Source of the DNA: a virus
Taxonomy: Duplodnaviria > Caudoviricetes
Direction: 5' to 3' (one strand)
Length of the DNA: 44,003 nucleotides
IMG/VR virus record: IMGVR_UViG_3300021579_000015
Location: 1 to 44,003 of that record
Part shown: piece by piece, positions 34,378 through 44,003 of the stretch
Layout: each line of letters opens with the position of its first letter
Position numbering within the stretch: the stretch's first letter is position 1
Translations under genes and position numbers: made by a program
The notes under the pieces: generated by a model
What the model was told of the DNA's origin: nothing
Databases searched by the model: none
Seen by the model: the letters and a program-made list of their open reading frames with translations, nothing else

Positions 34378-36635
34378 GCACCACCAAGACCCTCCTCCGC
34401 AGCTTCGCCGGGGGCGAGATCACGCCCGAGATGTTCGGGCGCATCGACCTGGCCAAGAACCAGACCGGCCTGCAGAAGGCACTCAACTTCATCTCGCTGC
34501 CGCACGGGCCGATCACCCGGCGCCCAGGCACCGCCTGGCTGAACGAGGCGCGCGACAGCACCACGATCAGCCGGCTGATCCCGTTCGTCTACAGCGCCAG
34601 CCAGGCGATGATCCTCGAACTGGGCGTGGGTTACATCCGCTTCCACAACGGCAGTGGCACCCTGCTGGAGGCCAACAAGACCGTCACCAGCATCGTCACC
34701 AACACCGTGACGGTGACCGCGCACGGCTGGTCCACCGGCGACTGGGTCTTCATGTCGGTGGGCGGGACGGGCGGGCGCTTCTTCAGGATCACGGTGACCG
34801 GCGCCAACACCTTCACCACCGCCGACCCGGGTGGCACGGCGGCCAACCCCAACGCGGCCTACACCACGGCGGCGCGGGTGTACCAGATCGCCAGCCCGTT
34901 CGACGCCAGCAACCTGTTCGACCTGCACTACGCGCAAAGCGCCGACGTGCTGACCATCAGTCACACCAGCGTTGCCACGCAGGAGCTAAAGCGCCTGGGC
35001 GCTACCAACTGGACGCTGACGGCGGCGAGCTTCTCCCCGACCATCTCCGCGCCCACCGCCCCGTCGGCGACGGCGACCGTGGCCGTGGCGACCAACCTCA
35101 CCGCGCAGCACTACAAGATCACCTCGATGGCGGGCGACCTGGTGACTGAGTCCCTGGCCACGGCCGACGTTACCTGCAACAACAACCTGACCCTGGCCGG
35201 CAACTACAACACCATCGCCTGGACCGCTGCCGCAGGTGCCAACCGCTACTTCGTCTACAAGCAGCGGGGCGGCTCCTATGGCTACATCGGGCAGACCGCC
35301 GGGCTCTCGCTGGTGGACGACAACATCACGGCCGACACCACCCAGGTGCCGCCCGAGTCCAACATCACGCTCAACGACGCCGCCGGTAACTACCCGGCAG
35401 CGGTCACCCACCACGAGCAGCGCCGCTGGTTCGCCGGCACCTCGACCAAACTGCAGACGATCTACGGCACGCGCTCGGCAACTGACTCCAACCTTACAAG
35501 CTCCATCCCCACCCGCGACGACGATGCGCTGCAGTTCCGCATCGCTGCCGCCCAGCAGAACGCGATCCGCCACCTGGTGCCCCTGGCCGACCTGCTGGCG
35601 CTCACCGCCGGCGGGGAGTTCCGTATCTACTCCGACGGCAGCGCCTCGGCCATCACGCCTAAGAGCCTGACGGTCAAGCCGCAGGCCTACTGCGGAGCCA
35701 ACAACGTGCAGCCGGTGGTGACCAGCGGCTCGGCCCTGTACGTGCAGGCCCAGGGCTCGCATGTGCGCGAGATCGCCTACGACCCCAGCGGCACGGGCTT
35801 CTACCGCACCATCGATATCAGCATGATGGCGCCGCACCTGTTCAACGGCTACAGCATCATGCAGCTGGCATACTGCCGGGCGCCCGACCAGATCCTGTGG
35901 GCGGTGCGCAGCGACGGGGTGCTGCTGGGCATGACCTACGTGCCCGACCAGCAGGTGTTCGCCTGGCACCAGCACAGCACCGACGGCTTCGTCGAGTCGG
36001 TGGCGGTGATCCCGGAGAACAACGCCGACGTGCTCTATATGATCGTGCGCCGCACCGTCAACGGGCGCAGCGTGCGCTACATCGAGAGCCTGTCCACACG
36101 CCTGTTCACCACCCTGGCCAGCTGCTTCTACGTCGACGCGGGGGTGAGCTACAGCGGCACGCCGGTCACCACCATCAGCGGGCTGTGGCACCTCGAAGGC
36201 AAGACGGTCAAGATCCTGGCCGACGGCGCGGTGAGCGCAGACAAGACCGTCACCAACGGCAGCATCACCCTGGACGTGGCCGCGAGCCAGGTCAACATCG
36301 GGCTGGGCTACAACTCCGACCTGCAGACCCTGCCCCTGGACATCGAGGGCGCGCCCGCCGGCGGCATGGGCACGATGAAGAACGTAAACAAGGTCCACAT
36401 CCGGGTGGCCCAGAGCTCCCTGGTCAGCGCCGGGCCTTCGTTCAACAAGCTGGTCAACTTCCCCTCGCGCGCGGTGAGCGACCCGTATGGCTCACCGCCG
36501 GCGCTGCGCAACAACGAGCTGCCGCTGGTCATCGCCCCCAACTGGGGGTCGGACGCATCGGTCTGCGTGCGCGCCTCCGGTCCCACCCCGCTGACGGTCA
36601 CCAGCATGACGCTTGAGGTGGCAATCGGTGGTTGA
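34374..36635 (+). CDS. Tail nozzle (tail tubular protein B)
   Basis: SFAGGEITPEMFGRIDL...GPITRRPGT, RLIPF, QQVFAWHQH, SGLWHLEGKTV. Confidence 0.9.
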   Translation: MSTTKTLLRSFAGGEITPEMFGRIDLAKNQTGLQKALNFISLPHGPITRRPGTAWLNEARDSTTISRLIPFVYSASQAMILELGVGYIRFHNGSGTLLEANKTVTSIVTNTVTVTAHGWSTGDWVFMSVGGTGGRFFRITVTGANTFTTADPGGTAANPNAAYTTAARVYQIASPFDASNLFDLHYAQSADVLTISHTSVATQELKRLGATNWTLTAASFSPTISAPTAPSATATVAVATNLTAQHYKITSMAGDLVTESLATADVTCNNNLTLAGNYNTIAWTAAAGANRYFVYKQRGGSYGYIGQTAGLSLVDDNITADTTQVPPESNITLNDAAGNYPAAVTHHEQRRWFAGTSTKLQTIYGTRSATDSNLTSSIPTRDDDALQFRIAAAQQNAIRHLVPLADLLALTAGGEFRIYSDGSASAITPKSLTVKPQAYCGANNVQPVVTSGSALYVQAQGSHVREIAYDPSGTGFYRTIDISMMAPHLFNGYSIMQLAYCRAPDQILWAVRSDGVLLGMTYVPDQQVFAWHQHSTDGFVESVAVIPENNADVLYMIVRRTVNGRSVRYIESLSTRLFTTLASCFYVDAGVSYSGTPVTTISGLWHLEGKTVKILADGAVSADKTVTNGSITLDVAASQVNIGLGYNSDLQTLPLDIEGAPAGGMGTMKNVNKVHIRVAQSSLVSAGPSFNKLVNFPSRAVSDPYGSPPALRNNELPLVIAPNWGSDASVCVRASGPTPLTVTSMTLEVAIGG

Positions 36636-37086
36636 AGTCCGGGCGGTCACCCCCGACGACGTGGTCGAGCTTGTTGTAAAAATGCGACAGGCGGATGTCG
36701 ACGAGCTTCATGCTCTTGGCATCCTCGACCTGGTCGCGGCGGTGCGAGCCAGCGTTGCGCACTCGGCGTTCAGCTATGCGTTCGTCATCGACGGTGCGCT
36801 TGCCTGCATCATCGGGGTGGCGCCGGCTGCCGGCATGTTCGACCCTGAGGGATTCCCGTGGATGCTGGGCACCGACGTGGTGACCCGCCACCAGCGTGTG
36901 CTTATGCGCACTTGCCGCCCGTACATTCAGCAAATGCTGCGCGCCTATCCTCACCTGTTCAACTACGTGCATGCCGAGAACCACCGCGCGGTGCGCTGGC
37001 TCAAGCGCATCGGGTTCACGTTGGAGCCTGCAGCACCCTGGGGACCGATGGGCGCGCCGTTCCACAGATTCGACATGAGGGCGTGA
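36628..37086 (+). CDS. GNAT-fold / T7 gp13-like protein (DUF2833-like)
   Basis: MRQADVDEL, PWMLGTD, LFNYVHAENHRAVRWLKRIGF. Confidence 0.8.
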   Translation: MVEVRAVTPDDVVELVVKMRQADVDELHALGILDLVAAVRASVAHSAFSYAFVIDGALACIIGVAPAAGMFDPEGFPWMLGTDVVTRHQRVLMRTCRPYIQQMLRAYPHLFNYVHAENHRAVRWLKRIGFTLEPAAPWGPMGAPFHRFDMRA

Positions 37087-37089
37087 AGC

Positions 37090-37605
37090 ATGTGTGAAGT
37101 GACAACTATCGCCCTGATCGCCAGCGCAGCCAGCACCGCCATGAGCATGAAGGCTGCGTCCGACCAGGCCGACTACAGCTCGCAGGTGGCGCGCAACAAC
37201 GCCAAGACCTCCGAGTACGCCGCCGCCGACGCCCAGCGCCGGGGCGACCTGGACGCGCAGGCAGCGCAGCGGCGCGTGTCCCAGATGGTGGGCGCCCAGC
37301 GCGCCGGCTACGCTGCCAAGGGCCTGGACATCACCGAGGGCACGCCTGGCGATGTCATCGACCAGACCAACTTCTTCGGCCAGACCGACGTCAACACCGC
37401 ACGCTACAACGGACGGCTCAACGCCTGGGGCCAGCAGGTGCAGGCGCAGAACTTCAACAGTTCAGCCAGCGCTGCCCAGGCCAACGGGCAGAACGCCATG
37501 GCCGGCAGCCTGCTGAGTGGTGCCGCCAGCGTGGCCGACAAGTGGTACACCTACTCCAACAAGCCCGCAGCCCCGGCTGCCGGGAAGATGGAATGGTACG
37601 AATAA
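37090..37605 (+). CDS. Small ejection protein (T7 gp14 position)
   Basis: MCEVTTIALIASAAS, Ala/Gln-rich, QRAGYAAKGLDITEGT. Confidence 0.8.
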   Translation: MCEVTTIALIASAASTAMSMKAASDQADYSSQVARNNAKTSEYAAADAQRRGDLDAQAAQRRVSQMVGAQRAGYAAKGLDITEGTPGDVIDQTNFFGQTDVNTARYNGRLNAWGQQVQAQNFNSSASAAQANGQNAMAGSLLSGAASVADKWYTYSNKPAAPAAGKMEWYE

Positions 37606-37606
37606 C

Positions 37607-39349
37607 ATGCCTACCATCCCCACCTACGACGGGCCCCAGCTGCGCCAGCAGGGGCTGCCCGATGTCCACCAGCAGAACCAGGACGTAAGCTCCGGCACCC
37701 AGCGCCTGGCCCAGGGCCTGGGCGCGGTGTCCGAGGCCGCCGACAAGATCGACCTGCAGCAGTCCACCATGGCTGCGCAAGAGGCCGAGGTCAAGATCCG
37801 GGGCGAGTGGTTCAAGGCCGACCAGGAGTTCCGCAAGAAGTACAGCGGCCAGCAGATCGGCGGCTACCAGAGCGCAGTGGACGCCTGGTGGAAGGAGGCC
37901 CCGCAGAAGTTCGGCGAAGGCCTGACCGGTCGGGCGCAGATGATCGCCAGCCGGTCGCTCATCGCAGCGCAGGACATGGCGCAGCGCACCTCGGCCACCT
38001 ACGCGCAGGCGGAGACCGCGCGCGTGGAGCGCAGCACGTTCGACGCGGCTAAGTGGTCGGCCACGCAGGGGGCACTGGTCGCGGTCAAGGACGGCGACCT
38101 GGTGGCAGCTCCGGTCGCGGTCAACGACATCCGGGAGAAGAACGCCGAGTGGGCCCGCGCGCACAACCTGAGCGCCGACGAGCTGACTGCGATGAACGTC
38201 AAAGACCTGACGACACTGCATGCCAACGTCATCAACCAGCTGGCCGAGACCAACCCGAGCGCTGCGCGCCAGTACTGGGACAAGCTGGACAAGTCCACCC
38301 AGTTCGATGCATCCAAGGTCGACGAGATCGACAAGATGCTCAAGGTGGCGGTCGCGCAGAACACCGCCCAGAGCTTCGGGGACGAGGTCACCGCCAAGAA
38401 CATGACCCTGGCCGACGCCCTGGCCGAGGCGCGCAAGCGCTTCGACGGCAAGGACGAAGAGATGGCCGTGCAGGAGGTCAAGACCCGTTTCAGCGAGCGC
38501 GAGGTGATCCAGGCGCGCGAGGCCAAGGACATCGAGAAGCGCGGCTGGTCGATCCTGATGGCCAAGGGCAGCATGAGCGCCATCCCTCCTGCACTGATGG
38601 TCGAGATGCGCGACAAGGCCCCGGAGGCTGAGCGCCAGATGCGCGACTGGCTCGACGCCAAGCGCAGGCAAGCCAAGGCCGAAGCCGAGGGCAACCAGGA
38701 CCCGGACGAGTTCGGACGCTATTACACCTACCGGCGCATGGCGATGGAGAACCCTGGGAAGTTTGCTGACTTGGATCTTACGAAAGCGCAGCCCTACGTC
38801 AGCAAGGCCCAGCTGAACCACCTGGTCGAGATCCAGGGCGGCATCTCGCGCAACGACGCCAAGGCGATGGACGTCGACAAGCAGATCAAGTTCGTCACCT
38901 CCAGCATCAAGAGCGCGATCCTGTCCAGCGGCCTGGACATGACGCCCAAGGAAGGCACCGCCGCTGCCACCGAGTACAACAACTTCATGGGCGCGCTCAC
39001 GATGGCGCTCACCGACGCCCAGCGCGCAGCCGGGGACAAGCCGCTACCGCCGGAGAAGCTCAAAGCCATTGGCATGGACATGCTGCGGGAGAAGGTCGAG
39101 CAAGGCACGGGCTTCTTGCGCATGTTCCGCAGCACGCGCAAGGGCTATCAGGTCATCAACGACCCTGACAGCGTTGGGAAGAATTTCATCGAGACACCCT
39201 ACGACGACATCCCGGAGAACATCCGCAACGCCCTGGAGGCCGACGCCCCTGGGCCGAAAGGTGCCGGCATGTACGGCACCAAGAACGTCGACAAGGACGC
39301 CATCGAGCGTGCGTACCAGCGCGGGAAAGAACAAGGAAGGTTCAAATAA
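37607..39349 (+). CDS. Ejection protein (T7 gp15 position)
   Basis: Start MPTIPTYD. 580 aa, helical. Confidence 0.8.
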   Translation: MPTIPTYDGPQLRQQGLPDVHQQNQDVSSGTQRLAQGLGAVSEAADKIDLQQSTMAAQEAEVKIRGEWFKADQEFRKKYSGQQIGGYQSAVDAWWKEAPQKFGEGLTGRAQMIASRSLIAAQDMAQRTSATYAQAETARVERSTFDAAKWSATQGALVAVKDGDLVAAPVAVNDIREKNAEWARAHNLSADELTAMNVKDLTTLHANVINQLAETNPSAARQYWDKLDKSTQFDASKVDEIDKMLKVAVAQNTAQSFGDEVTAKNMTLADALAEARKRFDGKDEEMAVQEVKTRFSEREVIQAREAKDIEKRGWSILMAKGSMSAIPPALMVEMRDKAPEAERQMRDWLDAKRRQAKAEAEGNQDPDEFGRYYTYRRMAMENPGKFADLDLTKAQPYVSKAQLNHLVEIQGGISRNDAKAMDVDKQIKFVTSSIKSAILSSGLDMTPKEGTAAATEYNNFMGALTMALTDAQRAAGDKPLPPEKLKAIGMDMLREKVEQGTGFLRMFRSTRKGYQVINDPDSVGKNFIETPYDDIPENIRNALEADAPGPKGAGMYGTKNVDKDAIERAYQRGKEQGRFK

Positions 39350-42300
39350 TGGGTCAGTACTCCGACCTCTTCGAGGAAGGCAAACCCCAGGCGCCCAACC
39401 CAGGCCTCGCGGTGCAGCTCACGGCAGACGCCGTGCCCCAGCAGGAGGTCCGTTACAAGGATCTCGCCAGCCGGTACAAGGTGCCGGTCGACGTGGTGCG
39501 CACCTTCCCGAAGGACTACGAGACCAAGGCCAAAGTCGACGACATCGACACGGCTACCGCAGCCGCTCCGCACCTGCGCAGCTGGCTGGCCGACACCAGG
39601 AACACACCCCTTGTCGACACCAAGGACGTTGGCATTCTCGGTATGCTCGAAGGTGCGCTGCGCTACACCGTGAGCGCCCCCGGGCGTGAAGGCGGGTTGG
39701 CGGGCGATGTCACCACCACCTTGACCAAGGGCGCGGTGGTAGTGCCCCAGGCGATTGTCGGCCTGCTGGACATCCCAACGTTTGGCTATGCCGGCAAAGG
39801 CCTGGAGGCTATTGGCGTTCGCTTCAAGGATGCCAACACCATGCTGTCCGGGTTGCAATCCCCGGAACTGCAAGGCGCCAACAAAGCCGTGCAAGACGCG
39901 CATGGCTTCTTCGGCAAAACCGAGGCTGCACTGCGTAACCCTGCCGCCATCGCAAGCATCATCGGGGAGTCCCTGCCACTGATGGGCGCCGGGGCTATCG
40001 CCGGCTGGGGTCTTCGTGCGCTGGCTCCGAATGTCGCGCCGTGGCTCGCCGCCGCTGCGGGTGAAGGCGTGGTTGGTGCCGGTAGCGCTGCAGAGGGCCT
40101 GCGAGAAGGCAACGCCGACGGGCTGCTGTCGGTGAAGCAGAGCTTTGCCGCCGTCATGTCCGGGGTCGGCACCGCGATCTTCGGAGCGGTGGGCGGGAAG
40201 GTCTCCCAGAAGCTCGGCATCGCGGATCTCGACACCATGCTGGTCAAGGGCGGCATGGACGCTGCCAACGCCAAGGCCGTGAAGAGCAGTTTCTTGTCGT
40301 CCATCGCCAAGGCCGGGTTGTCCGAGGGCGTGTTCGAGGAGTTGCCGCAGTCTGTCCAGGAACAGATGTGGCAGAACTTCGCCACCGACAAACCTATCAT
40401 GGAAGGCGCACTGGAGGCCGGTGCGCTCGGCATGCTCGCCGGCGCTGCCGGCGGGGTGGCAGCGCAAGTCGTCGAGCACCACATGACCAAGGCCGCCGGT
40501 CGGATCAACGCCGACCAGGAAGCCCAACGCAACGCGACCCAGAGCGCCCAGCAGCTCGGCCAGCTCATGGCGCTGGCAGCGCAGACCCAACTGCGCGAGC
40601 AGAGCCCCGGCACCTTCGCCGAGCTGACTCAGCACCTGGCCGAGCAAACCGAAGGCGCGCCCACCGAGGTGCGCTTCGACGCCCAGAACCTGGGCGAGGT
40701 GCTCAACCAGGAAGAGATCAACCTGCTGCCCAGCGTCAAGGCGCAGCTGGAGAGCGGTGAGCTCCTGCCTGGGGACGAGGTCAGCGTGCCCATCGGGGAA
40801 CTGATGGCCAACGTGGCCGGCACACCCCTGGAGCAAAAGCTCATGGAGCACGCGCGCGTGGGCGATAACGAGCTCTCCGCGTTCGAGGCCAAAGAGGCGG
40901 CAGCCCAGGCCGAGACCTACCTGCAGAGCGAAGCCAAGCGCGTCATCAGTGAGGCCACCGACAGCACAGCGCACCAGGCCAGCCGCGACAAGGTCAAGCA
41001 GATCATGCTGGACCAGTTCACCTCGCTCAACCGGTGGACCGCCGACGTTAACGAGGCCAACTCTATCGTCGCCGCCGACATGTTCACGGCCCTGGCCGGT
41101 CGCCTCGGCATGACACCGGAGCAAGCCTACCAGGCCTACCCGCTGAAAATCACCGGCGTGAACCCGGCGACGCAGGGGGTGTTTGATCAGATCACGCCGG
41201 AGCAGGCCAAGGCCACCAACGTGCCCGTCAAGATGCCCACGCACGAGCTCTTCAGCGAAGCAGTGGCAAACACCAAGGGCGCTGAGATCACGCCCGACGG
41301 TCTGAAGCTGAACCTAACACGCTACCAAAAACCAGAACAGGAAGGCGCGCAGTCTGTTCGCACTGGAGTGTTCTACCTGCCAGCGGGGTCCTCCGACGCG
41401 CGGCATTACCGCAACGCCAAGACCGGATACGGTGGCGGTGAGAGTTTCACCGGCGAGACCTTGGTGCGTGCGCCGCTATTTGTGAAGGGCGCGACTGGTG
41501 GTAAGGCCCCTGAGGCGGCCTACATTGAGCTGAAAGGCAAAGAGGCTTTCAAGGAGCTAAATAACGATGTCATGCAGCCCGTGCTCAAGGGTGGCTATTG
41601 GGGCAAAACGACTGCGGATAAGGTTGCGCTGATTGACGAGTTCCTAGACAAGCACGCGCCAGAACTGTCGGGGATGGGGGTTGAGATTGAGCGCGTATCG
41701 CGCGAAGGCAACACACTGCGCTATGCGCTCCAAGAGGCGGCCATCGCCCACGCTGTGCGTGAGGCCGGACACGACGCCGTGGTGGGCTACAGCAAGGGGA
41801 AAGCGGGGGCGAAAATCTCCGAAGTGTTTGACGTGCGCGAGCAGACCTACCCGGCGCGCGGCATGGATTCGCAGATCCACGAGGTTTTTAACCAGGCCGC
41901 ACATCACGGAAGCCGGGACAGCACCAAGAACGACATCCTAAAACAAGCAGCAAGTGCTAAAATTCCGCAAGGAGATGCTAATGACCAACTCAACCAAACA
42001 GCAGGAAGCACCGGAGACCGAGGAGGACGGGCTGATAGCCGGCACCTTGCGCCTCTTGAAGGCGCGCCATCAGTCAAAGGCTTTCATGGCCCAGACCCGC
42101 GCATTGTCTCAGTCGCAGAGCGCTACGCCCGCGACCACGGCATCGACCTCAAGCGCCAAGCCGAATACGCAAGAGTAGACCCCGAGCGCGCCAAGCGCAT
42201 CGCGGATGCGTATGAGGTCATGCCTCACGCACCGCAAGACCCCAAGGTCAAAGAAGCCTACGAGAACCTGATCAGGCAGACCGTCGACCAGTACCAGTAC

Positions 42301-44003
42301 CTGGCCGACGCGGGTTACAAGTTCTGGTTCATTGACCTGAACAACCCCAAGAATGCCGAGTACGCATCCACCCCCTGGAACGCCATGCGCGACATGCGCG
42401 CGAACCAGGAAATGGGTGTCTTCCCGACCAATGAAGGGTTCGGCTCCGGCGCGGAGTTCAGCCCCGATGCCAACCCGCTGCTGGCCGATACCGGCATCAA
42501 GTGGCCTGTCGGTGGTCCAGACGGCCCTCTCGCGCCAGTGCTGGCCAATGACCTGTTCCGGGCCGTGCATGATGCCTTCGGTCACGGCATGGAGGGTGCA
42601 GGCTTCCGTGCCCAGGGCGAGGAAAACGCCTGGCAGGCCCATGACCGGCTGTTCACCGGCAGCGCAAAAGGCGCCGTCGCCAGCGAGACCCGAGGCCAGA
42701 ACAGCTGGGTGAACTACGGACCCCACGGTGAGACCAATCGCACAGCCAAAGGTGAGGGCACCCACTTCGCCGACCAGAAGACCGGCCTGATGCCGGAGTG
42801 GACCTGGACCGAGGGGCGCGCGGGGGACCAGCAGGATGAGGTCCTGAAGCAGGAAGCCCCGGCCAACAAGTACCAGACCAGATACCCGGCCAGCCTCAAC
42901 GCCGACGAGCGGGCGCAGTACGATGTGCTGGCCACGCCACAGGAGGACATGTTCAACGGTGAGTTCGCCGATGAAAAGTCCACCGTCAACACCGACGTCA
43001 AGATTAGCAGCAAGGGCGACACGCTGCAGGGCGGCAACGTCAACAGCGCCGGCCAGCAAATCACTGCTACCAAGCAGGGCCTGCAGAACTTTTGGAAGTG
43101 GTTCGGTGCGTCGGCTGCAGTCGATGACGACAACAAACCGATCGTTCTCTACCACTCAACGAACGGCGACTTTGACACCTTCCAACCTGGGCGCGAGACC
43201 ATCAACTCGACCACCTTCGGCGATGTTGAAACTCAGCGTCACGGCATCTTCCTGACGCCTGACATAAAGTTCTCTGAGGGCTATCTGCGCCCCGGCGCCG
43301 GGCAAAACGTAATGCAGGTATACGCCTCCCTGCAGAACCCGATCGACCTGCGCGAGGGGATCAGCGGGGAAGACCTAAATGCTATCGTAAACGCGGCAGA
43401 GGGCAAGCTGACGCACCGCGACTTCAGCTACGTCGACCCCTATGAGTCGTGGCAGTTCTTCGATGACGAGTTCGGCAAGAACTTTGTCGAAGCAGCTAAG
43501 GCCGCAGGGTATGACGGCGCCATCATGTTTGAAGCTGGCCCAGAAGACAACAAGGCCGCGACCACCTACGTGGCGTTCGACGCCAACCAGGTCAAAAGCG
43601 CTACGGGCAATAAAGGTACCTTCGACCCGGCCAACCCCAGTATCCTGAAGCAAGAAGCCCGTGGCACCTTCAACCCCGGCACGCTGACAATCAGCCTGCT
43701 GGAGAAGGCCAACCTCTCGACCTTCCACCACGAGATGGCGCACTTCTACCTGGAGGTGCTGGCCGACATCGCCAGCCAGCCCAACGCCCCGGAAAGCATC
43801 AAGTCCGACATGGACCTGTTCCTGAAATGGGCGGGCGTCAAGGACCTGGCCACCTGGAACGCGATGACCCTGGACGAAAAGCGCGCCGGCCACGAGAAGT
43901 TTGCCGAGCACTACGAGCTTTACCTGTTCGAGGGCAAGGCTCCCAGCCAGGAGCTGCAGCCCCTGTTCCGGCGCTTCGCCAGCTGGATGAAGAACGTCTA
44001 CAC
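39349..44003 (+). CDS. Giant polyvalent ejection protein A, N-terminal part (no stop in the window; continues at position 1)
   Basis: TAATG coupling at 39347-39351, frame +1 open to the end. Contains an ART-like module (about 41200-41880), an HDAFGH...EENA module (about 42050-42830), an ART-PolyVal-like module (YHST, GIFLT, GYDG, QVKSATGN; about 43020-43650) and a zincin HEMAH motif (43729-43743). Confidence 0.85.
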   Translation, partial: MGQYSDLFEEGKPQAPNPGLAVQLTADAVPQQEVRYKDLASRYKVPVDVVRTFPKDYETKAKVDDIDTATAAAPHLRSWLADTRNTPLVDTKDVGILGMLEGALRYTVSAPGREGGLAGDVTTTLTKGAVVVPQAIVGLLDIPTFGYAGKGLEAIGVRFKDANTMLSGLQSPELQGANKAVQDAHGFFGKTEAALRNPAAIASIIGESLPLMGAGAIAGWGLRALAPNVAPWLAAAAGEGVVGAGSAAEGLREGNADGLLSVKQSFAAVMSGVGTAIFGAVGGKVSQKLGIADLDTMLVKGGMDAANAKAVKSSFLSSIAKAGLSEGVFEELPQSVQEQMWQNFATDKPIMEGALEAGALGMLAGAAGGVAAQVVEHHMTKAAGRINADQEAQRNATQSAQQLGQLMALAAQTQLREQSPGTFAELTQHLAEQTEGAPTEVRFDAQNLGEVLNQEEINLLPSVKAQLESGELLPGDEVSVPIGELMANVAGTPLEQKLMEHARVGDNELSAFEAKEAAAQAETYLQSEAKRVISEATDSTAHQASRDKVKQIMLDQFTSLNRWTADVNEANSIVAADMFTALAGRLGMTPEQAYQAYPLKITGVNPATQGVFDQITPEQAKATNVPVKMPTHELFSEAVANTKGAEITPDGLKLNLTRYQKPEQEGAQSVRTGVFYLPAGSSDARHYRNAKTGYGGGESFTGETLVRAPLFVKGATGGKAPEAAYIELKGKEAFKELNNDVMQPVLKGGYWGKTTADKVALIDEFLDKHAPELSGMGVEIERVSREGNTLRYALQEAAIAHAVREAGHDAVVGYSKGKAGAKISEVFDVREQTYPARGMDSQIHEVFNQAAHHGSRDSTKNDILKQAASAKIPQGDANDQLNQTAGSTGDRGGRADSRHLAPLEGAPSVKGFHGPDPRIVSVAERYARDHGIDLKRQAEYARVDPERAKRIADAYEVMPHAPQDPKVKEAYENLIRQTVDQYQYLADAGYKFWFIDLNNPKNAEYASTPWNAMRDMRANQEMGVFPTNEGFGSGAEFSPDANPLLADTGIKWPVGGPDGPLAPVLANDLFRAVHDAFGHGMEGAGFRAQGEENAWQAHDRLFTGSAKGAVASETRGQNSWVNYGPHGETNRTAKGEGTHFADQKTGLMPEWTWTEGRAGDQQDEVLKQEAPANKYQTRYPASLNADERAQYDVLATPQEDMFNGEFADEKSTVNTDVKISSKGDTLQGGNVNSAGQQITATKQGLQNFWKWFGASAAVDDDNKPIVLYHSTNGDFDTFQPGRETINSTTFGDVETQRHGIFLTPDIKFSEGYLRPGAGQNVMQVYASLQNPIDLREGISGEDLNAIVNAAEGKLTHRDFSYVDPYESWQFFDDEFGKNFVEAAKAAGYDGAIMFEAGPEDNKAATTYVAFDANQVKSATGNKGTFDPANPSILKQEARGTFNPGTLTISLLEKANLSTFHHEMAHFYLEVLADIASQPNAPESIKSDMDLFLKWAGVKDLATWNAMTLDEKRAGHEKFAEHYELYLFEGKAPSQELQPLFRRFASWMKNVY
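41981..42178 (+). CDS. Candidate overprinted small gene nested out of frame in the giant gene
   Basis: Extended -10 TG-C-TAAAAT (41955-41963), SD AAGGAG (41969-41974), ATG 41981. 65 aa. Confidence 0.45.
   Translation: MTNSTKQQEAPETEEDGLIAGTLRLLKARHQSKAFMAQTRALSQSQSATPATTASTSSAKPNTQE
43872..44003. repeat. Terminal direct overlap (copy 2)
   Basis: Matches 1-131. Confidence 0.95.

Overview
This window is an apparently complete, circularly permuted genome (about 43.87 kb; 1-131 repeats 43872-44003) of a GC-rich temperate podovirus. The virion module is of the BPP-1/epsilon15 type: TerS, TerL, portal, scaffold, major capsid protein, cement and staple proteins, tail adaptor and nozzle, ejection proteins, tailspike, holins and a GH24 lysozyme. 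The replication module is APSE-like: PolA, DUF2815 SSB, DUF2800 nuclease, SNF2 helicase, VRR-NUC and a primase-helicase. There is a divergent cI/cro switch, but I found no integrase, partition system or protelomerase. Instead, a dif-like site with an intact XerC arm and a degenerate XerD arm (11516-11543) lies beside an HTH+DUF3653 (XafT-like) gene. This suggests a tailed phage that lysogenises by activating host XerCD, as the TLC satellite does. Other notable features: (1) the giant polyvalent ejection protein appears split in two around a five-gene fibre cassette, with a Cys-bearing peptide on each new end; (2) a five-copy late-promoter motif GTGYGCWTAA-N17-AMART; (3) a 16-bp palindromic operator family; (4) a small gene with its own promoter overprinted inside the giant gene; (5) a highly structured, possibly pseudoknotted leader that buries the DNA polymerase start codon. 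All family assignments come from motif recognition by eye, without database searches.
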